Source: Geosiphon pyriformis uo1 (taxonomy: Eukaryota; Fungi; Glomeromycota). Taken from it: a stretch of DNA of 64,000 nucleotides. Below are positions 1-12,423 of this stretch, in pieces. The notes under the pieces were generated by a model, which was given only the letters and a program-made list of their open reading frames with translations, was not told where the DNA came from and did no database searches. Each line of letters begins with the position of its first letter. The first letter of the stretch is position 1. The stretch spans positions 1 to 64,000 of the forward strand of contig JAAOMT010000299.1 of assembly GCA_016748015.1 (NCBI GenBank), read 5' to 3'. The position numbers and the translations under genes were made by a program.

Positions 1-393
1 AGAATCATGGAAATTTGTCCCGATTATCGATAATTATAAAGAACCAGATATTTGCTTTATGTTTCTAGTTTTCGTTTTTTTCTTGGTTCATTATAAGTTG
101 GGGTTAATGTTCGTTTATTATTTATTATTTTTTGTTCTTGGTAAATTTCATAAATAATTTTTTCTTTATCTAGATACTTCTGGAGAGTTTGGGTATTGTT
201 GATTTTAAAAACATATGGAGCAATTTTTTCTCCTTGGGCTTTTTTTAGTATGCTTCTAATAGTGCTGTAATTCTTTGGTTCCATTGTGGACTTAATGTAT
301 ATTAGTTTCATATTATATTTTTTATATAGAGATAATTCTATATTAATCATATTATGGTTTATATGCATTACATTTTGGTATGATAAAGCGAGG

Positions 394-3300
394 ACAGCAT
401 TATCACACAACAACTCATGGATCAATTAAGTTGCCAAGTTGATTGTGCTGCCAGTGCCAGAATTATTACTGCTAATGAAGTAACTAAGACTCTTATTAGT
501 GAAATTGATGACATTTTTTTTTGAAGTTAACAGCATTATCACACCAATCAAAGTTCTAGTAATAGAAGTTATGTAGTATCAAGCTCTTATTGGTAACAAC
601 TGGCTGTTCAAAACTAATATTATATTTAACTGAAACACCCAAGAGCTCCAGCTAACATTTAATGGTCAGCATATTCAAGTATCTGTTATCTGTAAACACT
701 TTAAAGCTTTTTCAAAAGAGCAATTATTGATTGAATTGAAGAAAAAAAAACAAAAATCTATCTGGAAAGCCTATCAAGTTTTGTAAGCTAAAAACAAATA
801 CAATAAACTACTACCAATACTTACTTGAAATAAAAAAGAAAAAGAAAAAAAGAAAACAAACTTTAAACCACCATTACCACAGAAAAAACAGCCAACAGTT
901 GAAATATTTTATACTTAATACTAATACCAAGAAAACACTTATTTTATATTCCACTTAGATATATTAATTATAACAAGAAACTTTTATTTATAAAAGCTTA
1001 AATCTTGCCAAAAAAAAATACAAAATGCATATTTGTTATTATTGTAAAGTGTATTATTAAGAATACTTTAGATATCCAAAATAACAGAAAAAATAAAACA
1101 ATAAATTTTGTTTAGTTTATAGAAAAACTTTACTGAATAAAAAATTATAAAATGACATTACTGGTTAAAAAAAACATGTAATACATTATGCCAATACATA
1201 ATTCTTATTAGCAACTGAGTAAGGAAAAAAATGTCTTTTAATATCATGTAAAACAAAGTTCTGTTATATTTAAATAATTATCCACATAACAAAGACAAAA
1301 TTTAGTAAATAACAAGTGCCAAAGTTAAAAGCACTTTACTTAATAAGATATTGACAATCAAAAACAATCTACCAGAATTTGTTAAAACTATTTTTATTCC
1401 AAATCCAAATATTTTTATTAATATTATAAGTAACCTAGAACAATTTCATAAATATTACTAAGATTTAATATCTATACAAAAAGAACAAGAATAATATTTA
1501 GAGTAATTAAATACTAAATTCTATAAATATTGTCTAATTTTCAGTGATTTTAAATATTGTAATAATTGTGATCTCATTTACAATCCACTACTGTGCATAA
1601 TCTATTCAATTTTCAAAAAAAAACTCCAATTAGCAATTGTACTTCAAAATTAGAATTGAAACTTAATTTCAATTCAAATTCTGACAATGATAACAATAAT
1701 AATTCCAATATTATTTACAATAGCAATAACAATAACAGCAATTCTAACTTTAATAAAAACTCTAAACAATATATTGTGTTTCTAAATCTCTTAATAGAGC
1801 AAAAACTTAAATAGTTTAGCAATAACAATAAAATATTATGTCAAAATGTATACATAATACTAATATAGAGTTTAATCTTAAATATTTTGAGAAAACTGCT
1901 ATCAAATTGAAACTCTATTTATGCACCAACATAGATTTAAAATTAACACTGAAAATTTTAGCAATGACAATAATACAATTAATATTTAGATCTAATTTAG
2001 CAAAAAAGAGATTAATATTAGAAAAGAAATAATTAATGCAGAATATATAAGAAATATTATTGCAATATTACAAAATAAGTCGAAAAAAACATATACAATT
2101 AAACCAAATGAAAAAATAGCACAGACAATATTTTTGTTTCTGATAAAAATAACTTAATTAATATTAATAAAAATAAAAGAAAAATTAGAGATAACAACAG
2201 AAAAAATAAATGAATTTAAATCTATAAATAGAATAAAAATACCAATCAATATAATAAAAAAAAAACAATTAATTAGGAAGAAATTATCTTTATTTATTAA
2301 TTAATTTTTATCTTATTATATAACCAATATATATTAGTTATTAAGAAAAAAGTAAAAGATTAACTCCAGATTTTTGAAGTAAATCTTATCATTTGTAAGT
2401 CAAAAAAAATTGCTGTTACCAATTTCTACATATTAGCCAAAAACCATAAACACATTAAGATTCTAATACACAATACAATTAAAGATCCAATAGAAATACC
2501 AAATAGAACTATTATTAAATACTTAAGTATTAAAGTTAAAAATCAAGTACCAACTATCATTCTAGATTTTTTACAACTATATAAATATGTAGATATTATA
2601 TTACAAGCCATTTTTAAACAAAAAAAATACTATTTGTTATAACCAAAACAATTGAAGCAAATAAACTTGGGAAACTTAGACTTACTTTAACATATGCAAA
2701 TTAAGCTACTACTTAATAATTTTACTAATATTTTTGTAAGTAAAAATAAATTTGGCAAAACTAATATTATTGAACACCAAATCAAAACTGGAAATACAAT
2801 GTCAATTAAATAAAAAACATACTAAGTACTATCTGTTAGTTATAAAATTATTCATTAAGAAATCAACTATATATTAAACAATAAATTAATTCAATTATTA
2901 ATGAGTTTATAGTTATTACTATTAATATTTGTCTGAAAAAAAATGGAAAAATCCATTTTTGTATAGATTATAGAAAACCTAACAGTATTACTTGTGGAAA
3001 CAAATATCTAATTTTATAAATTCAAAAATTATTTAATGTTTTTAAAAAAAAAATGGTTTTTTATATTGAACTTAGACAGTAAATACTAACAAGTAGCTAT
3101 AAATTCAGCTGATAAAAAGAAAACAGTATTTACTACTAAAGAAAAAAATTTTGAATTTAATGTTATGTTTTTTGGCTTAACCAATGTTTTAGCCATTTTT
3201 CAACAGTTAATAGAAATTGTTTATACTGAATTATTATAGAAATCAGTAATAGTTTACTTAGATAATACTAACATGTTTTCCAAAATATTTAATAATTATT

Positions 3301-3896
3301 TTCATCATCTTTAACAAGTGTTTAAGAGATTAAAAAAAGCAAAATTAAAGTTAAATACCACAAAATGCTTCTTTGAAAAAACAGAATTCAAGTTTTTAGA
3401 ACATATTGTAAGCAAAAATAACATAAAAACAAATTCAAACAAGATTGAAATAGTCAAAAACTTTTCAGTTTTAACCAATTTAACTGAATTAAAAACATTC
3501 TTGAAATTTGCTAAATATTATTGCTACTTTATTCAGAATTTTTTCAAACTGACTCAACTATTACATCAGCTTTAAGCAAAAAACACCAAATATGAATAGA
3601 TTAAAAAACAATAAAAAGCTTTTGATACATTAAGAAAAAAGCTTATTTAAGCTCTAATATTAATTTATTTAAATTATAATAAACTATTTATTATTACAAC
3701 AAATACATTAGACCAAAAATTAAGAACAGTACTATTACAAAAAAAATTAAATAGACAAGAATATTTAGTAGCATATGTTAGCTAAAGTTTGAGTTCAGCT
3801 GAAAAAAACTATAACATCTTAGTATTGGATTATTTAGCTATTTATTAAATTATTATTAAAAGAAAAAAATACTTGAGTCAAAAGTTTAATGTATAT
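394..3896 (+). pseudogene. Relic A: heavily decayed Ty3/Gypsy pol (protease - Cys-rich - dUTPase - RT - RNase H)
   Basis: Collinear with element B internal pieces (25480-26157, 36010-38990). Starts in protease (..SIITQQLMDQL). ORF 1838-2032 is a decayed dUTPase and ORF 3318-3575 is RT (FKRLKKAKLKLN..KCFF). Many stops. Confidence 0.9.
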
Positions 3897-4312
3897 TATT
3901 ATGATTAAAACTTATACTTCTTATTAATTATTACATGTATTAGCCATTGATGTCATATAAATTAGCCACTCTATTTTTAAAAAATGATCATTGATCTGAT
4001 CAATAACCTGACTGTTGACCTGATCATTGACCACTTTTGATAGCTATATAAGTGATGAATCTCTTGGCTGTAAAAAAGCATGTAGAAATCAAGAAAATCA
4101 AATAAATAAAATAACAACTTTCATCTCAATCATTCTTTTATTGCTAATTTCCCTTTCCCTACCTTCAAATATCTGAACATCTTAGAATAAAAGATATTTG
4201 TTGGCCTTTACTCATCCTTTTCCTGAAATGTGTAATTATAGCATTTAAAGATTATTAAATAAAATATGACTAAAAAACACATCTGATACCTGATATTGAA
4301 TTCTAAGAGTAT
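3897..4312. repeat. Probable truncated LTR of another related family
   Basis: Relic A coding stops abruptly at ..QKFNVY. The following sequence starts tattatg (possibly decayed TGTTACG), shares 'catataaattagcca' with LTR B and contains TATATAAG. Confidence 0.4.
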
Positions 4313-6225
4313 TGTTACTCATAAAATATAGAGAGTATATTAGCATATAAATTAGCCAATCAGAGGTAGCCATAATAAATGTGGAATTCCAGAATTCTTC
4401 TCAAGAGAAATTGCAAGATTCCAGAAATTTCAGGATTCTCATATAAGGAATCACAGAATTCCAGAATTCCAGGATTCCTCTCAAAAAGAATTGCAGGATT
4501 CCAAGAATTCCAGAATTCCAGGATTCCTCTCAAAAAGAATTGCAGAATTCCAAAAATTCCTGGATTTCTGGTGTGAAGAATTAAGAAATTGAGGAATCTT
4601 AATTATGTATATATAGCAGTAATATGAGAAGTAGAAAAGACAGACCTCCCAGTTTAGATTTAATCTAAGCAACCTTCCAACATCACAAATATTAATAAAT
4701 AATTATTTATTATTTCTAATTTCACTCTTCACTATCAACACTTCATGTTGATAACAAGTAATACTTAACCATACTAGAATAATAGCTTTTGATTATGGCT
4801 ATTGACAGAATACTAACTTGTAAATTGTCTTGGCTTATTTTTTTTATTTTCTTTTTATTTTCTTTTCTTTATGTTGTTACAGGTGATTCTTTGGAGTGTC
4901 GAGTGAATAACAAACCCATAACTTAGTGCTCAAGGCAATTGATGATGATGATAATCTGAAGGTATTTTATCTAAAGGTTTTCCAATTGAGTTCTTTGTAT
5001 AATGGACAGAGATTCAATAGTAACAGTTTATTAGTAGTTTTCTGGCACCGTAGTTTTGCCAATTGCTTGCTCAGCTTGATAGTTGATGATTTTCCTGGTA
5101 TGATATCCTTCATAAATATATACTAGTGTGGTTTCCTGACGTCAGTTCTTCTATAAGTTCTTCAAGAGTAAGTGTTGTTTAAGCAAGTTTATTCCTCCAT
5201 AAGTCCTCCAAGAGTAAGTATTTTTTGTAAGCTTTATTCCTCTGTAAGTCCTCCAAAAGTAAATCCTTGAATCAAGTTAGTAGACAACAAAAAAAATAAA
5301 GAAAGATAAAAGAGAAAATAAGAAATAAGCCAAGGCAATTTGCAAGTTAGTATTCCATCAATAGCCATGATCAAAAGCTATTGTTCCAGTATGGTTAAGT
5401 ATTAGTTACCATCAACATGAAGTGTTGATAGTGGAGAATAAATTTGATATAGTGAATAATTATTTATTTGAGGATTGTAGTAATTAAGCTAAAAATTTTT
5501 GGTGGTGATTTTCTTTTTTTTTTTAATTTTAATAATTATAATTTTGCAAATCTAATTGATTCTATGAGTCTAATTGACTCCATGAATTAATTGACTCTAA
5601 GTCCTATTGACTAATTTTTTAACTTCTGATACTACTGCTATATATACATCTTTGAGATTCCTCAATTCCTAGAATTCTGCAATTCCTTTGAGAGGAATTC
5701 TGGAATTCTGGAATCCTGCGATTCCTCGTGTGAGAATTCTGCAATTCCTGGAATCTTACAATTCCTCTAAGAGGAATTCTGGAATTCCACATTTACTATG
5801 TCTACCTATAATTGGCTAATTTATATGCTAATATACTTCCTATATTTTATGAGTAATAATGTTATTTCTGTGATTTTATTGTTGTGTACTAATTGATTGA
5901 AAGAAAATAACATGTGGAGTACTGATGTCAAAATAACTGGTAAAAAACCCAGGAATAAAAGTAGAACACTCAATTGAGGATAGCTTACCAGAAGAAATAC
6001 CAGTCATCATGCTAAGAAAAAAATTGATAAAACTACAGTTCAGAAAGCTATGGATAAACACTATTGAATTTCTGTCTATTATACAAAGAACCCAATTAAA
6101 ACCTTCAGATAACAATATCTTTAAATACAAACAACCTCCAGATAAAATCATTAACCAAAACATCCACCAAGCACCAAGTTATGGATTTGTTATTGGATTT
6201 AAGACCCCAAATAATTTCTGTAATA
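4313..6225 (+). repeat. 5' LTR of element B (interrupted at 4875-5858)
   Basis: Starts TGTTAC and ends TAATA (decayed TAACA). Aligns with 53050-53811 once the insert is removed. Has internal GGAATTCC/GAATTCCAG tandem repeats at about 4380-4570. Confidence 0.9.
4875..5858 (-). mobile_element. Solo LTR of a B-related family, inverted inside the B 5' LTR
   Basis: TGTTAC...GTAATA ends, ATGT duplicated at 4871-4874 and 5859-5862, single ATGT at the empty site in the 3' LTR (about 53444). Much of about 5290-5858 is the reverse complement of 4313-4870. Confidence 0.88.
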
Positions 6226-6226
6226 T

Positions 6227-6243
6227 TTAGTGCTTCCTGTGAG
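6227..6243 (+). promoter_or_regulatory. Primer-binding site of element B (decayed TGGTGCTTCC..)
   Basis: tt-TAGTGCTTCCTGTGAG directly follows the LTR end. Confidence 0.7.
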
Positions 6244-6279
6244 ATATAATCCTACAGAAAACCAACACCAACAACAATC

Positions 6280-6906
6280 TAAACAGTAACAGAATCCAAA
6301 GAAATAGGAACAAACTATATGGGATTTGCAAAATTCTTATTCCAACATTATTACACCCATCTCAGATTAACAAATAATAGTTGGCCAACAGAATCAGCTT
6401 TCAATTACTATGTTAACAAGAGAATCATATACCATTTAGGAGACCAAGGAGATCCAAAATCTGTCTTTAACAACTTCTTTAGTGAATTGCTCCAAAGCAT
6501 CACCTTTCCACAAAACTACTTATTTGTACCCCTAATTACAGAAATAAACAGGGAAATTGAAAAATACACCAAACAGAGATTTTTTATCACTTTTGCCAAC
6601 AAAAGAAAAGAAAGATTACAAACACCAGCAGGAACACCAAAGCAAATCCAATTATCCACTTGGAAAAAACAAAAATTTGATTCACCTGCTAATCCATCAT
6701 ATCATTACACCCAGAAGCACTATTAATATTATAAGCACAGCTACAACAAGCATAACAATGCTATTAAACAGAATCCCATTCTAAAGTAAACAAAAGAAAG
6801 CAGAGTTATTAGAAACATACAGCAATTATTTTGAGAGATTTAAATCACAATCTTTAATGCCATCAGGAATTCAATCACCACCACCACAACCAGATTTCAG
6901 AGCTGT
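6280..6906 (+). pseudogene. gag: Element B gag N-terminal region (part 1)
   Basis: ORF 6319-6726 (..WPTESAFNYYVNKRI..) is homologous to the C-family N-terminus (CPAESALTYYINARI). Confidence 0.8.
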
Positions 6907-7780
6907 TGTTACAGGATGGTTTTCTTGTTATATTTAATTGCCAATATCCCATTTTAATTGCAATCAGTCTTTCGTGAGTTCCTCAATTCTATTTGTGTAA
7001 TAATGTTACTGTTATACTGAAGGCTTTCTTTTTTAATGTCGCGATATAAGTTATTCTTCAATTTCTGATTGTTGTGTGTGTTTATGTACTCCTTCTCAGA
7101 GGCTGAACTGAAATCTACTCGCTGTCTGGGATCTTCTCTGAGGCTATCCTTGCAATTGCCTAATGTGTTTCTCTAATCTAGAAACACAAAAGATTAATGG
7201 CCTTTAGCACTTTTCCTAATTCTTACAATAAAGCTTTTATCAATTAGTAACAACGTGAATAATCTTGATCAAGAATTATTTTTCCAAGGGATTCAGTTGA
7301 TGAATGATAGTTTCATTCAATAAATAATACAAGTAAGTTTCTTAATACTTTGGGTTGTGATAATTCAGTTTTAAATATTCTTTTTCATTTCTTTTTGATT
7401 TAAAGATTTCTTAGGATATTTAATTTGAAAGTATGATTTAAAGTGGAGTTTGTTGGATAAAATTGGATCTATTGCTTGATAAATTATGATTTTTATTACT
7501 TGATTCTCTTTTCTCAATATTAAAATTACTGTATATATACATGTTTGTAGTTCTACAAGAAAACACATTGTAATACTTTTTTTTGATATTTCAACCTGGT
7601 GTTTGCTGCTATCACCAGTTGGTGTTGGCTGCTATTGTGAACTGGTGCTTGCCACTATCGCAAGATGGTATTTGCTACCATGTTAATCATTACCTTTCTA
7701 AGATTATTACTGTGCTATATTATGATTGTATAGTTTATATTATTTTTATGATTCTTTTGCTAAATTTTTAAACCATAACA
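6907..7780 (-). repeat. 3' LTR of C1
   Basis: TGTTA...TAACA, direct repeat of 22871-23744, adjacent to the PPT. Confidence 0.95.
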
Positions 7781-7799
7781 TTATTTCTTCTTTTTAAGA

Positions 7800-8462
7800 T
7801 TAAGCTCTATCAAAATTGAAGTTAATTTCTTCATTAAATTTTAAGTTACTATAGTGGTTCAATACTGTGTTATTAATTTGTTGTTGTAATTCTTGAAATT
7901 GTGAGTTGGTAAGTTGTCCAATACTGTTGGTTGTTATTATGTTCATGGTTGGGTCTAAAAATAGTTTGTGACAGTTTTCAAATGCTTTGAAAATTCTATA
8001 AACTGTTTTTGAATGGAATGTAGTGTTGGTTTTTCCAATAAAAGGTTCTAATAGTTGGATAGTTGTTTTGTCAAACACTCTAGTTGAGTCTTTTAAGTAT
8101 AATGTTTGTATGTTCAAGTGCTTTCTTAGTTAATAATAACAGTAGTTAATTGGAAATTTCGTTTTCAAGTTGCTAAATGTGTTTGGTGTTAATTCACTTA
8201 TTTTTATTTCTTCCATTATTAATGTATTGCCCAATGCTATCTCTAATTTTTCAATAACTTTGCTGATAAATTTGTTGTTATGTTTGGCAATATTATATGG
8301 TTCAAAATTATGTTTTTTTCTTGTTTTTGGATTTTCTATTGTTCTTTTTATGTATGTTATTTTGGAGCTATTAACTGTGATTTTCAGATCAGATTTCAAT
8401 TGTTGTAAGCTTTCAACTAATTGTTGAGTTATATTGTTGATGTTTTCTGGAATAAGTATCAT
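7800..8462 (-). pseudogene. C1 ORF3 (env-position ORF, unknown function, one internal stop)
   Basis: ORFs 8130-8462 and 7800-8117 are in the same frame and homologous to 27178-27840 and 39998-40651. Confidence 0.8.
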
Positions 8463-8555
8463 TGTTTTAATTTTGACTGCTATTTTGGAATCTTTTGCAT
8501 GCGTTTTTATGGTTGTTAAATCATTTTTGCTGTGATCTAAGATTAATTATCTTTT

Positions 8556-9926
8556 TCAATAATGTTCAATTAAAACTATTAGTTCTAAATCTCGTGGAAT
8601 TTGTTCTGGTAGAATTAAAGGTAATTGTGTTCCAATTCTGGGTGTCTTTGTTGTTATTACTGGTTTACTATAATAAAATTTCAGCCAGTTATCATGTGCT
8701 GCTTTTCTTAATATTTTATCATCTAGTATTAGCTTGTATGCTCCATTTCCAAGTATTTTGTGAATATAAAATGGTCCATTCCACTTGTGATCAAATTTTT
8801 CACTCCATTGTTTTTCCATTTTTGTATGATGCAACAATACTTTATCTCCAATTTTGTAGCTAATTATATTATCTGGTAACTGGTTATTATGTCTCACTTT
8901 TTGTTGTTCTTGTGATTGTTCAATATTTTGTGCTGCTTTTCTTCTTTTGTTTTCTAAAGTTCCCATTAATTTGTATGTTCTTTTAAGTAGTGTTTCCTGG
9001 AATGTTGCTTCTGTAATAGTGTCACTTGGATAAGTTGGGATAGTAAGTTCAACTGGTAATGTGGCTTTTCTTCTATAAACTAGTTCAAATGATGTGAATT
9101 GTGTAGTATCTTGTTTTACTGTTCTATATGCTAGTAGTACTGCTGGTATAAACAAATCCCATTCTTTTTTATGTTTGTTACTAATTTTTGCCAGTGATTC
9201 GCACAATGTGCGATTAAATTTTTCAACTAATCCATTTGTTTAAGGGTGGTATGATAATGACAGTGGTTGCTTGATTCCAAATTTTTGGCTAAGTTCTTTT
9301 AAGGTGCTGTTTATGAAGTGTGTGCCTTGATCTGATAACAATTCTTGTGGACATCCATGCTGGCAAATTAAGTTTTCATGTATGAATTGAGCTATGGAAA
9401 TAGCATCAACTGTTTTAATAGCTCTAGCTTCTGGCCATTTGGTGAGATAATCCACGACTACTGCAATATAACAGTTGTTTTTTGTTGTTATTGATAAGGG
9501 TCCAACTAAATCAATTCCAATTCTGTCAAATGGCTGTCCAACTTTTATTGGTCTTAATAATTCCATTGGTTTTGCTCCTCCTCTTCATTGACATGGATCA
9601 CAATTTTTTATGTATTGAATTATGTCTGAACTCATTTTTGGCCAATAGTAATGGCTAGTTGCACGTTGGATGGTTGCTGTTTTTCCAAAGTGGCCTGAAT
9701 AAATATCTGAGTGCATGTTAAATAAGATAGTTTCTTTTTCATTCATAGTTATAACTCTTAATAGATTATCTGAATTTTGTCAATTCCAGTAATAAAGTAT
9801 GTGATTTTGAATAAAATAGTGTTTTGCTAATTTTTGGAGCTTAATTAGCTCTTTTACTGACATTTCTTTGTCTATTTGTAATGTTTCCAAATATTGGCTG
9901 AGGTTTTTGTAAAGGTGGTTGTTCAT
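8556..9926 (-). pseudogene. C1 integrase (separate ORF)
   Basis: HHCC zinc finger, PFDRIGIDLVGPL, SDQGTHF, YHP, GPF motif KWNGPFYI. Own ATG at 9926. Confidence 0.92.
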
Positions 9927-9955
9927 TGTTGTTGTGGCAGGTGGGTTGGTAATTT

Positions 9956-11368
9956 TTATGTGTGTCTCATTCTTGACAAACAGTTAGCATTAGCATTTTT
10001 GGTACCTTCTTTGTATTTAATAATATAATTGTATGGTGCTAACGTTTGTGACCATCTGGCATATTTTTTTTTTAGTGCTTTCTTATTATTTAACCAGACC
10101 AGATCTCTATGATCTGTGGTAATCTCAAAGAGTTGGTACTGTAAATATGTGTCAAAGTGAACACAACTCCAGACTACTGCTAAGTATTCAAGTTCATGTG
10201 CTGCATAGTTTTGCTCTGCCGTACTGAAATTTCTGCTGGCATAAGCAATTACACGTTCTCTTCCATTATTATCTTTTTGTGACAGAATGGCTCCAAGTCC
10301 AGTTCCAGAGGCATCTGTGGCCAAAATAAATTTCTTGTTGAAATTTAGATAGATCATTATTGGTGATTCAATAAGCTTTTGTCTAAGGTACTTGAAAGCT
10401 TTTTGTTGTGCTTCAGTCCATTCAAACTTCACATTTTTGGATAGTAGGTAATTAAGGGGTTTGGCAATGTTTGAAAAGTTTTCTATAAAGTGGCAGTAGT
10501 AAAATGTGAGTCCTAAAAAGCTTCTAACTTCTGAAACGTTTCGAGGTACTGGAAAATTTTTCACTTTGTCTATTTTTAATGGATTTGGTTTTATTCTATC
10601 TTTTCCAACTATGTGTCTTAAAAATGCTAGCTCATTTTTCCCAAAGAAACATTTTTCTAGATTTAGTTTAAGTCCAGCATATCTCAATCTCTCAAAAACT
10701 TGTTGTAAATGTTGGAGATGATCCGTGAATTTTGACGAGAAAACATTTGTATCATCCAAGTAGACAACAACAGATTGCCACAGGATTCTGGAGTAAATTA
10801 CGTCCATTAGTCTTTGGAATGTTGCAGGAGAGTTTGTTAATCCAAATGGCATTACATTGAACTCATAATTGCCATTTTGTGTTGTGAATGCTGTTTTATG
10901 CCTGTTTTTTGAGTCCATTTCTATTTGCCAGTACCCATTGGTCAAGTCTAGTGTAGAAAACCATTTTGCTCCTCCAAAAACGTTGAAGATTTTGTTAATT
11001 AATAGTATTGGGTATGAGTTTTTGGTTGTTTTGCTGTTTAGTTTGCGATAGTTGACGCAAAATCTAATTTTTCCATTCTTTTTCCTTACTAAAACAACTG
11101 GTAAGGACCATGGGCTCATTAATAGTTGTATTATTTTTTTTTTTAACATGCTTTGGACTTCTTCTCTGATAAAATTATGCTCCATTGGTAGAATACAATA
11201 AGCGCATTGTTTTTCAGGTCTGGCGTCTCCAGTGGGGATTTGGTGTTGAACCAAGTTGGTTTTTCCAAATTTGCTATTTCGTGAAAATATATTAGAGTAT
11301 TTTAAAATTAATGCTTTTAATTGTTGCTGTTGGTCAGGATCCATTGTTCTAATGTTTAATTTGGTCAA
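9956..11368 (-). CDS. pol: C1 reverse transcriptase + RNase H (end of Gag-Pol)
   Basis: SPW-PVVLV, RFCVNYRKLN, MPFGLTNSPATFQ, YLDD, ATDAS, TDH. Ends ..LSRMRHT-stop. Confidence 0.96.
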   Translation of the reverse strand: MTKLNIRTMDPDQQQQLKALILKYSNIFSRNSKFGKTNLVQHQIPTGDARPEKQCAYCILPMEHNFIREEVQSMLKKKIIQLLMSPWSLPVVLVRKKNGKIRFCVNYRKLNSKTTKNSYPILLINKIFNVFGGAKWFSTLDLTNGYWQIEMDSKNRHKTAFTTQNGNYEFNVMPFGLTNSPATFQRLMDVIYSRILWQSVVVYLDDTNVFSSKFTDHLQHLQQVFERLRYAGLKLNLEKCFFGKNELAFLRHIVGKDRIKPNPLKIDKVKNFPVPRNVSEVRSFLGLTFYYCHFIENFSNIAKPLNYLLSKNVKFEWTEAQQKAFKYLRQKLIESPIMIYLNFNKKFILATDASGTGLGAILSQKDNNGRERVIAYASRNFSTAEQNYAAHELEYLAVVWSCVHFDTYLQYQLFEITTDHRDLVWLNNKKALKKKYARWSQTLAPYNYIIKYKEGTKNANANCLSRMRHT

Positions 11369-12036
11369 TTCTTCTGTTGTAAATTAATAGCATTCCAACA
11401 GTTGTTGCCAATTTATTGAAGTGAGTTCACAGTAGAAGGTGATTTCTGGGAAATTTAGAATTTTTTATGGTGTTGACACGTTTTCTAGCTCCGTTCTGAG
11501 GTATCCAATGATGGTATCTTCTGGAATGTAAACAAGTTCTTCTGTGGTGTTTGCAATAGGAATTTTTATTCATTGAGCTTTATCAGCTGGAATAAAAAGA
11601 TTAGTAAGTTCTATGAAAAACTGTTAGCAAGTTTTTATATAAGGCTCAAATATTAGATCTTTTTCTTTAATTGTTTTTTTATTCTTATTTCTGATTTTCT
11701 ATATGGTAGAAGCATGATGAATTGCTCAGTTTTAATTACTTCGCCTTTTTTCTTTATTGTTTCAGTGAAATTTGCTTCAATTCCTTTTTCTATCGATCTA
11801 AAACCAAAAGTTCCTCTCATTGTTTGTGACAATTCTTCACAATTTTCCACTGGCACAAATTTCCCAATTTTTACCAATGGTAGAAAAATTGCTTGTGCAA
11901 TCTTTTCCTTAGATTCAATAGTATAAGGCTTTTTTAAATTGTTCTGTAGCAAAACCATCAAATTTCCAGTGTATCCAGAGTCAATTACTCCTCCTTGAAT
12001 GCTTATTCCTTTTTTCACGAGACTTGATTGCGACGC
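11369..12036 (-). pseudogene. dut: C1 dUTPase C-terminal part and dUTPase-like domain
   Basis: GGVIDSGYTG, KIAQ, RGTFGF. Continues at 19156 beyond C2. Confidence 0.9.
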
Positions 12037-12406
12037 TGTTACGGTTTAAGAATTTAGCAAAAAGAATCATAAAAATAATACAAACTATTCAATCATAATA
12101 TAGCACAGTAATAATCTTAGAAAGGTAATGATTAACATAGTAGCAAACACCATCTCGCGATAGTGGCAAGCACCAGTTNNNNNNNNNNNNNNNNNNNNTT
12201 TCAGTTCAGCCTCTGAGAAGGAGTACATAAACACACACAACAATCAAGAATTAAAGAATAACTTACATCGCAACAGTAAAAAGAAAGCCTTCAGTGTAAC
12301 AGTGACATTATCACACAAATAGAATTGAGGAACTCACGAAAGACTGATTGCAATTAAAGCGGGATATCAGCAATTAAATATAACAAGAAAACCATCCCGT
12401 AACATT

Positions 12407-12423
12407 TGGTGAACCCTACGAGG
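12407..12423 (+). promoter_or_regulatory. PBS of C2 (TGGTGAACCCTACGAGG)
   Basis: 2 nt after LTR end TAACA; repeated at about 18193. Confidence 0.85.

Noticed and set aside
1640-1760. Asn/Ser-rich AAT repeat as a separate gene
   Set aside because: It is the low-complexity linker before dUTPase, also present in B at about 36690-36800.
4379-4576. Repetitive ORF or CRISPR-like array
   Set aside because: Degenerate tandem repeats inside an LTR, with no unique spacers and no cas genes.
7371-7771. ORFs inside C LTRs (also 17250-17495, 23335-23532) and the B LTR (5876-6230)
   Set aside because: They recur only because LTRs are repeats, are short, and have no recognisable domain.
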